Positions 57,894 through 61,935 of a stretch of 61,935 bases of DNA are shown here, one piece after another. Origin of the DNA: a virus (taxonomy: Duplodnaviria; Caudoviricetes); IMG/VR virus record IMGVR_UViG_3300021976_000013, positions 1-61,935 of that record; one strand, 5' to 3'. Below the pieces are notes generated by a model, which had not been told where the DNA came from, searched no databases, and saw only the letters and a list, made by a program, of their open reading frames with translations. Position 1 is the stretch's first letter; every line of letters starts with the position of its first letter. The translations under genes were made by a program, and so were the position numbers.

Positions 57894-58156
57894 TGGCAGT
57901 TCTCAGCACGGATCAAGTGGGGCTTTGCTTCGCTGACGGAACATGCGCGCGTACGGTCCTGCTCTCGGTGAAGAACACGACGGCTGGTGATACGGCCGAT
58001 CTCGCACAGTGGCTCAAGGTGATCAAGCGCTGTGGGCTGGTCAGCGATACCGGGACCACGATCGCATCATGCTCGATCGCCGGTACGGTGATTACCATTC
58101 CGGCTGGACCGTCTAGCGATGGCGTGTGGGTGCTCGCGGTCGGCGTCGCTGTCTAG
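57893..58156 (+). CDS. hypothetical virion protein
   Basis: TGATG coupling. Confidence 0.6.
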   Translation: MAVLSTDQVGLCFADGTCARTVLLSVKNTTAGDTADLAQWLKVIKRCGLVSDTGTTIASCSIAGTVITIPAGPSSDGVWVLAVGVAV

Positions 58157-58165
58157 GGAGAGATC

Positions 58166-58600
58166 ATGGCTCGATATTCTTCCGGTATGACTGCGGCCGG
58201 AGCTGGCACTACCGTCCGGCCGATCTTCGGGATCTTGGCGACTGCGGCCGTGACTCCGCTTCTGCGAGAGGTAGCGCTGTGGAATACCACAGCCGTGGCA
58301 TGCACGTATCGGCTGGTCACGTTTACCGGTGGAACCGCAGGCACCGGGCAGGCAGAGCACAAGTACCGGAATGAAGCGCCGACGGCGATCTGTACCACGT
58401 TCGGGCTGTGGACGGCCGACGCGACGGTGGTCGAGGACACGGGATATCGATTCGTGCTTGGTGCGGCAATCGGCTCGGCAGCGATCCTGACATTCGGTGA
58501 TCTTGGTATGGAATGTGCCCTGGGTGCTACATCCGGGCTCGGACTGGTGGCGGTCGGCACCGGTCAAGTTTGTGAGGTCAGCTTCACGTGGGATGAGTGA
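58166..58600 (+). CDS. hypothetical virion protein
   Basis: A/G/T-rich beta protein ending W.E. Confidence 0.65.
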   Translation: MARYSSGMTAAGAGTTVRPIFGILATAAVTPLLREVALWNTTAVACTYRLVTFTGGTAGTGQAEHKYRNEAPTAICTTFGLWTADATVVEDTGYRFVLGAAIGSAAILTFGDLGMECALGATSGLGLVAVGTGQVCEVSFTWDE

Positions 58601-58603
58601 TCT

Positions 58604-59305
58604 ATGCCTGCGGCTTTCGTCAGTTCGGTTAACACGGCTATGGCGGCGACGGCGTCCACTACAGTGGCTAAGCCTGCCAGCGTGGTATCCGGGACGCTCT
58701 TGGTCGCTATGCACAGTGCCACAACGTCTCTTGTGGCGGACATGCTGGTCACTGGTGGCGGGACATGGAACAGCACTCAAGCACTCTCGCTGACCACTAA
58801 TGCACTGTCTTGCCGAATCTCATGGCGGTTCGCTGGTGGATCTGAACCGGCCACATATACCGTGACGCATACGTCTACTAGCTCAAACGGCGTTATGACC
58901 ATGGTCGCTATCTCGGGTGCCAACCCTTCCATGATCAATCCGGTATACGGAACCGTAGCCAGCGCTACTAGCGCAGCGACGACGATCACCTGTCCGACAG
59001 CAACACCGGTTGCGGCGGACGATCTACAGCTCCGGTATGCCTGCGGATCCGGTGGCGCTTCCTGTACATGGTCATTCGCGGCTGAAAGTCCAGTGGCGAC
59101 GTCGCTGACCAATATCCAGGTCGCCACACTCCGGGCTAACCAGCTCGTCTCATGGCGTCAGCTTGCCAGCGGTGCGGCTGTCGGCACCAACGTGGCGACC
59201 AGCACATTCTCACAGACCAACCGGATCGCTCACACGATTTTGATCCCGTCTGCTCCCGCTGCGGCGGCTGTGATCCCGGAACTGATCATGGGCCGGTACT
59301 CATGA
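58604..59305 (+). CDS. virion beta-sandwich protein (domain shared with the tail-tip insertion)
   Basis: V.KP..V.SG and W..AGGSEP.TY motifs. Confidence 0.7.
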   Translation: MPAAFVSSVNTAMAATASTTVAKPASVVSGTLLVAMHSATTSLVADMLVTGGGTWNSTQALSLTTNALSCRISWRFAGGSEPATYTVTHTSTSSNGVMTMVAISGANPSMINPVYGTVASATSAATTITCPTATPVAADDLQLRYACGSGGASCTWSFAAESPVATSLTNIQVATLRANQLVSWRQLASGAAVGTNVATSTFSQTNRIAHTILIPSAPAAAAVIPELIMGRYS

Positions 59306-60375
59306 GCATCCGGTATACGCAGAGCCGACCAGCGGCGACGATCACTCCTCGATCTCGGATCATCACCCCACCAAGCACAGGACCGGCAACGATCTCCGGT
59401 GCGGCAACCTTGGTCGGCTCGGGTGCCCTGTCGGCGAGTGCGTTGGATGTTCAAGAGGGCGCGGCAACGATAGCGGGTAAAGGCACGCTCAGTGCCGCCC
59501 CTGTGGACGTCCAGCTAGGCTCTACGGCTCTGTCAGGCATGGGTACGCTCACCGGTACCGGGCTCAATGTTGATCTAGCTAGCGTGGCTCTCAGCGGCGC
59601 GGGAGCCATGATCTCTAGCGGTCTTAATGTTGACGTCGCAGCGTCAACGCTGGCGGGTAAGGGTACGCTCACCGGCTCGGCTCTCGATACGATTCCCGCG
59701 ACGGGTGCCTACTCTGGTGCGGGTACCTTGATCGCTAGTGCTTTGCCGATCATACAAGCCGGATCATCCTTCGCTTCTGCCGGTACCTTGATCGGCACGG
59801 CGCTCGATGTGGTCATCGCGTCCAGCTCCCTGGCCGGTATGGGCACGATGACCGCTTCAAGCTCCGGAGTCACGGGCGCGGCAACACTGGCCGGTGCTGG
59901 CACTCTGACGGCGAACGCTGTCATAATTCAGGTGTCGAGCGCTGACCTCTCTGGGCGTGGCTCGTTCACGTCGGCTGGCTTGATCTCCCAAATCGCAAGC
60001 GTGTTCCTCTCTGGGCGAGGGACACTGACCGGATCAGCGCTCGACACAATCCCGAGTACGGCAACCTTGCTCGGCATGGGCACGCTGGTAGCCAGCGGAT
60101 CCATACCAGGGGCGATCATCGCGGGTGCCGCTACCCTGGTAGGCACCGGGTATCTCACGGCATCGGGCAGTCTTCCGACTGACGCGGTAGCTTACGATCT
60201 GTCCGGCTCGGTAGTGATCACAAGCAGGGTGTCAGGTGTGGTCGTGATCGTCGGCGAGGTGAGCGGAACCCTACTGATCATGGGCAGGGTGAGCGGCTCG
60301 GAAGTGATCACATCTCGGCTGTCCTCTGCGACTCCGGTTGCTGCCTCTCGGATCACTGCGACTGTGGGAGCGTGA
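59302..60375 (+). CDS. fibre-like repeat protein
   Basis: About a dozen ~20-21 aa repeats of L.G.GTL.(A/G)S. Confidence 0.7.
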   Translation: MSIRYTQSRPAATITPRSRIITPPSTGPATISGAATLVGSGALSASALDVQEGAATIAGKGTLSAAPVDVQLGSTALSGMGTLTGTGLNVDLASVALSGAGAMISSGLNVDVAASTLAGKGTLTGSALDTIPATGAYSGAGTLIASALPIIQAGSSFASAGTLIGTALDVVIASSSLAGMGTMTASSSGVTGAATLAGAGTLTANAVIIQVSSADLSGRGSFTSAGLISQIASVFLSGRGTLTGSALDTIPSTATLLGMGTLVASGSIPGAIIAGAATLVGTGYLTASGSLPTDAVAYDLSGSVVITSRVSGVVVIVGEVSGTLLIMGRVSGSEVITSRLSSATPVAASRITATVGA

Positions 60376-60376
60376 C

Positions 60377-60721
60377 ATGCCGGTAGCGAGAGATCTCAAG
60401 TTGTACCAAGGGAACCAAGAGATCTTCACGGTCACCGTGACCAAGGATGATGACGGGCTACCGCAGAACCTCACTGGTCTGGTGGTGAACGTCTACCTGA
60501 AAGCCGCTCGGGAGACTGCCGATCTTGACGCGTCCACAGTCAAGCTCAGCACAAGCACGGGAGAGATCGTTCTTACTACCCCGCTGTCCGGACTGTGCAC
60601 GGTCACTGTGCCAGCGTCGGCGCTGGCTACGGCGGGCCGTCGGTGGTGGCGCTGTGATGTGATCATCGGTGGCCAGGCCAAGACTGCGGCGTTCGGCCCG
60701 TTGCTTGTGGTTGACACGTAA
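60377..60721 (+). CDS. BppU-like baseplate/adaptor protein
   Basis: QG....F.VTV..D.G.P.NLTG...G...VT....T...G.L.V pattern. Confidence 0.6.
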   Translation: MPVARDLKLYQGNQEIFTVTVTKDDDGLPQNLTGLVVNVYLKAARETADLDASTVKLSTSTGEIVLTTPLSGLCTVTVPASALATAGRRWWRCDVIIGGQAKTAAFGPLLVVDT

Positions 60722-60862
60722 GAGCCAATGATCCAGAAGTTTCGAGAGGCCAGGTAACAAGATGATCATGATACTCCAGATCATCGGATGCACCGTGGCA
60801 TGTGCGCTGATCATCGTCGGTGCTATCGCCACGCTGACCTTGATCGATGATTGGCTGAGACG

Positions 60863-61168
60863 GTGAGCGACGCTGGATTGCGGGGTCACGCTTATCGTGA
60901 AATCCGGGTATGGATGAAAGCCAACCTTCCTTGGCAGTGTCATCGATGCGGGCTACCGATCAGCCGAGAGATCACGGCACGCAACCCCCGGCATCGGATG
61001 GCCTGGTCTGCTGATCACTACCCCATCCCACGCAGTGCGGGCGGGCAGAGTACCAAGGACAATCTCATGCCAGCGCACAACGGATGTAACTCTGATGCGG
61101 GTAACGCACTCAAGGCAGAGCGCATCGAAGAGGTTGCTAACCCACGGTCCCGAGTGTGGGGGATCTAG
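60863..61168 (+). CDS. HNH endonuclease (packaging-associated type)
   Basis: C..CG..I, S.DH..P...GG...NL..AH..CN...G motifs; near the genome end. Confidence 0.85.
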   Translation: MSDAGLRGHAYREIRVWMKANLPWQCHRCGLPISREITARNPRHRMAWSADHYPIPRSAGGQSTKDNLMPAHNGCNSDAGNALKAERIEEVANPRSRVWGI

Positions 61169-61212
61169 GTGTATGCGATATCCCGAGAATTTCGAGAGGT
61201 CAGGATTCTAAG

Positions 61213-61596
61213 ATGATCTACGTTAATCATGATCTGGTGGTAGATCGGATCATGCGCAGCATGGAACGCATAGCCCAAGGTCACGAGATCTGCGGGCATC
61301 CGATCATGGTCATCAGTACTCGTGATCTAAGCTGGTCATATGATCCACTCATTGATGAGTGGGCACGTGGTGAAGGTATGGATACAGCCGAAGTGTGGAA
61401 GGTGGAGATCTACCAGACTGATCACCACCTTCACGCTGTGGTGTATCAGTGGGCTAGAGATGATCAGGACCATAGGATGTGGGATGCGGTAGGCAACGAG
61501 CCTGCTTACGTCACATACCACATGACCTTGGTATCCATGCCACCGATCAAGGGTGCGGTGGGATGGGTGAAGGACAGCGAGGTGATCACGTGCTGA
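61213..61596 (+). CDS. hypothetical protein
   Basis: ORF coupled to the next gene. Confidence 0.5.
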   Translation: MIYVNHDLVVDRIMRSMERIAQGHEICGHPIMVISTRDLSWSYDPLIDEWARGEGMDTAEVWKVEIYQTDHHLHAVVYQWARDDQDHRMWDAVGNEPAYVTYHMTLVSMPPIKGAVGWVKDSEVITC

Positions 61597-61826
61597 TGTG
61601 CGAGTGCTGTGCTCACATCAGTGGGCGTGTGCCTACCCCTGCTGAGTACCGATGGGTAGGACCACGCAGTGTGGTCACGTACCTCTGCCTCTCATGCTGC
61701 ACATGGTGGCGCATGCATGCGTGTGATGACCCATCGTTGATGCCGATCAAGGTGACTGGTATCCGCATGCCGATGTTGGAACGTGTGGGGTATCGGCACT
61801 ACCTGAACGAGTGGGTAACGGCATGA
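61596..61826 (+). CDS. small Cys-rich hypothetical protein
   Basis: MCECC...LC..CC. Confidence 0.45.
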   Translation: MCECCAHISGRVPTPAEYRWVGPRSVVTYLCLSCCTWWRMHACDDPSLMPIKVTGIRMPMLERVGYRHYLNEWVTA

Positions 61827-61935
61827 TCATAGGGGGTATCGGCATGCTGGGGGTATTCGATCAAGGGGGGTATTCGATCTTGCATACCCGCAGGTCAGAG
61901 GCGTGATTTTTTAGGGGGAGCTGCTGGCGTCCGAC

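Noticed and set aside
1-61935. Integrase/attP, ParA, tRNA, reverse transcriptase/DGR, DNA methyltransferase, introns or inteins
   Set aside because: No supporting motifs were seen in any ORF or spacer. Absence judged by eye needs HMM and tRNAscan confirmation.

Overview
This window looks like the complete or near-complete ~62 kb genome of a tailed HK97-type siphovirus infecting an actinomycete; WhiB and a TraB-type translocase suggest a filamentous host. Layout: HNH, terminase, portal, protease, capsid and tail (0.1-18 kb, with a -1 tail-chaperone frameshift); lysis (18-20.5 kb); XRE and WhiB regulators; a leftward SSB/exonuclease/helicase block; two ParB-like genes, primase-helicase, PolA and a resolvase (27-35 kb); a large accessory region; and a second virion-gene block plus HNH at the right end. 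I found no integrase, ParA, tRNA or CRISPR array. The most unusual feature is a Streptomyces-plasmid-type transfer module (SpdB2-like pore protein plus TraB/FtsK translocase with a C-terminal wHTH, 49.6-53.6 kb), overlapped and flanked by three dense clusters of TGGYAC. Several independent cis-element families are also present: a dispersed 16-bp palindrome TGACNCTTAAGNGTCA (~11 copies), a 17-bp operator overlapping -35 boxes (~17 copies), a ~100-bp intergenic element (6 copies), a duplicated ~130-nt leader RNA with a compensatory base change, and a G-quadruplex-armed hairpin between primase and polymerase. All calls come from reading motifs by eye; no database searches were run.
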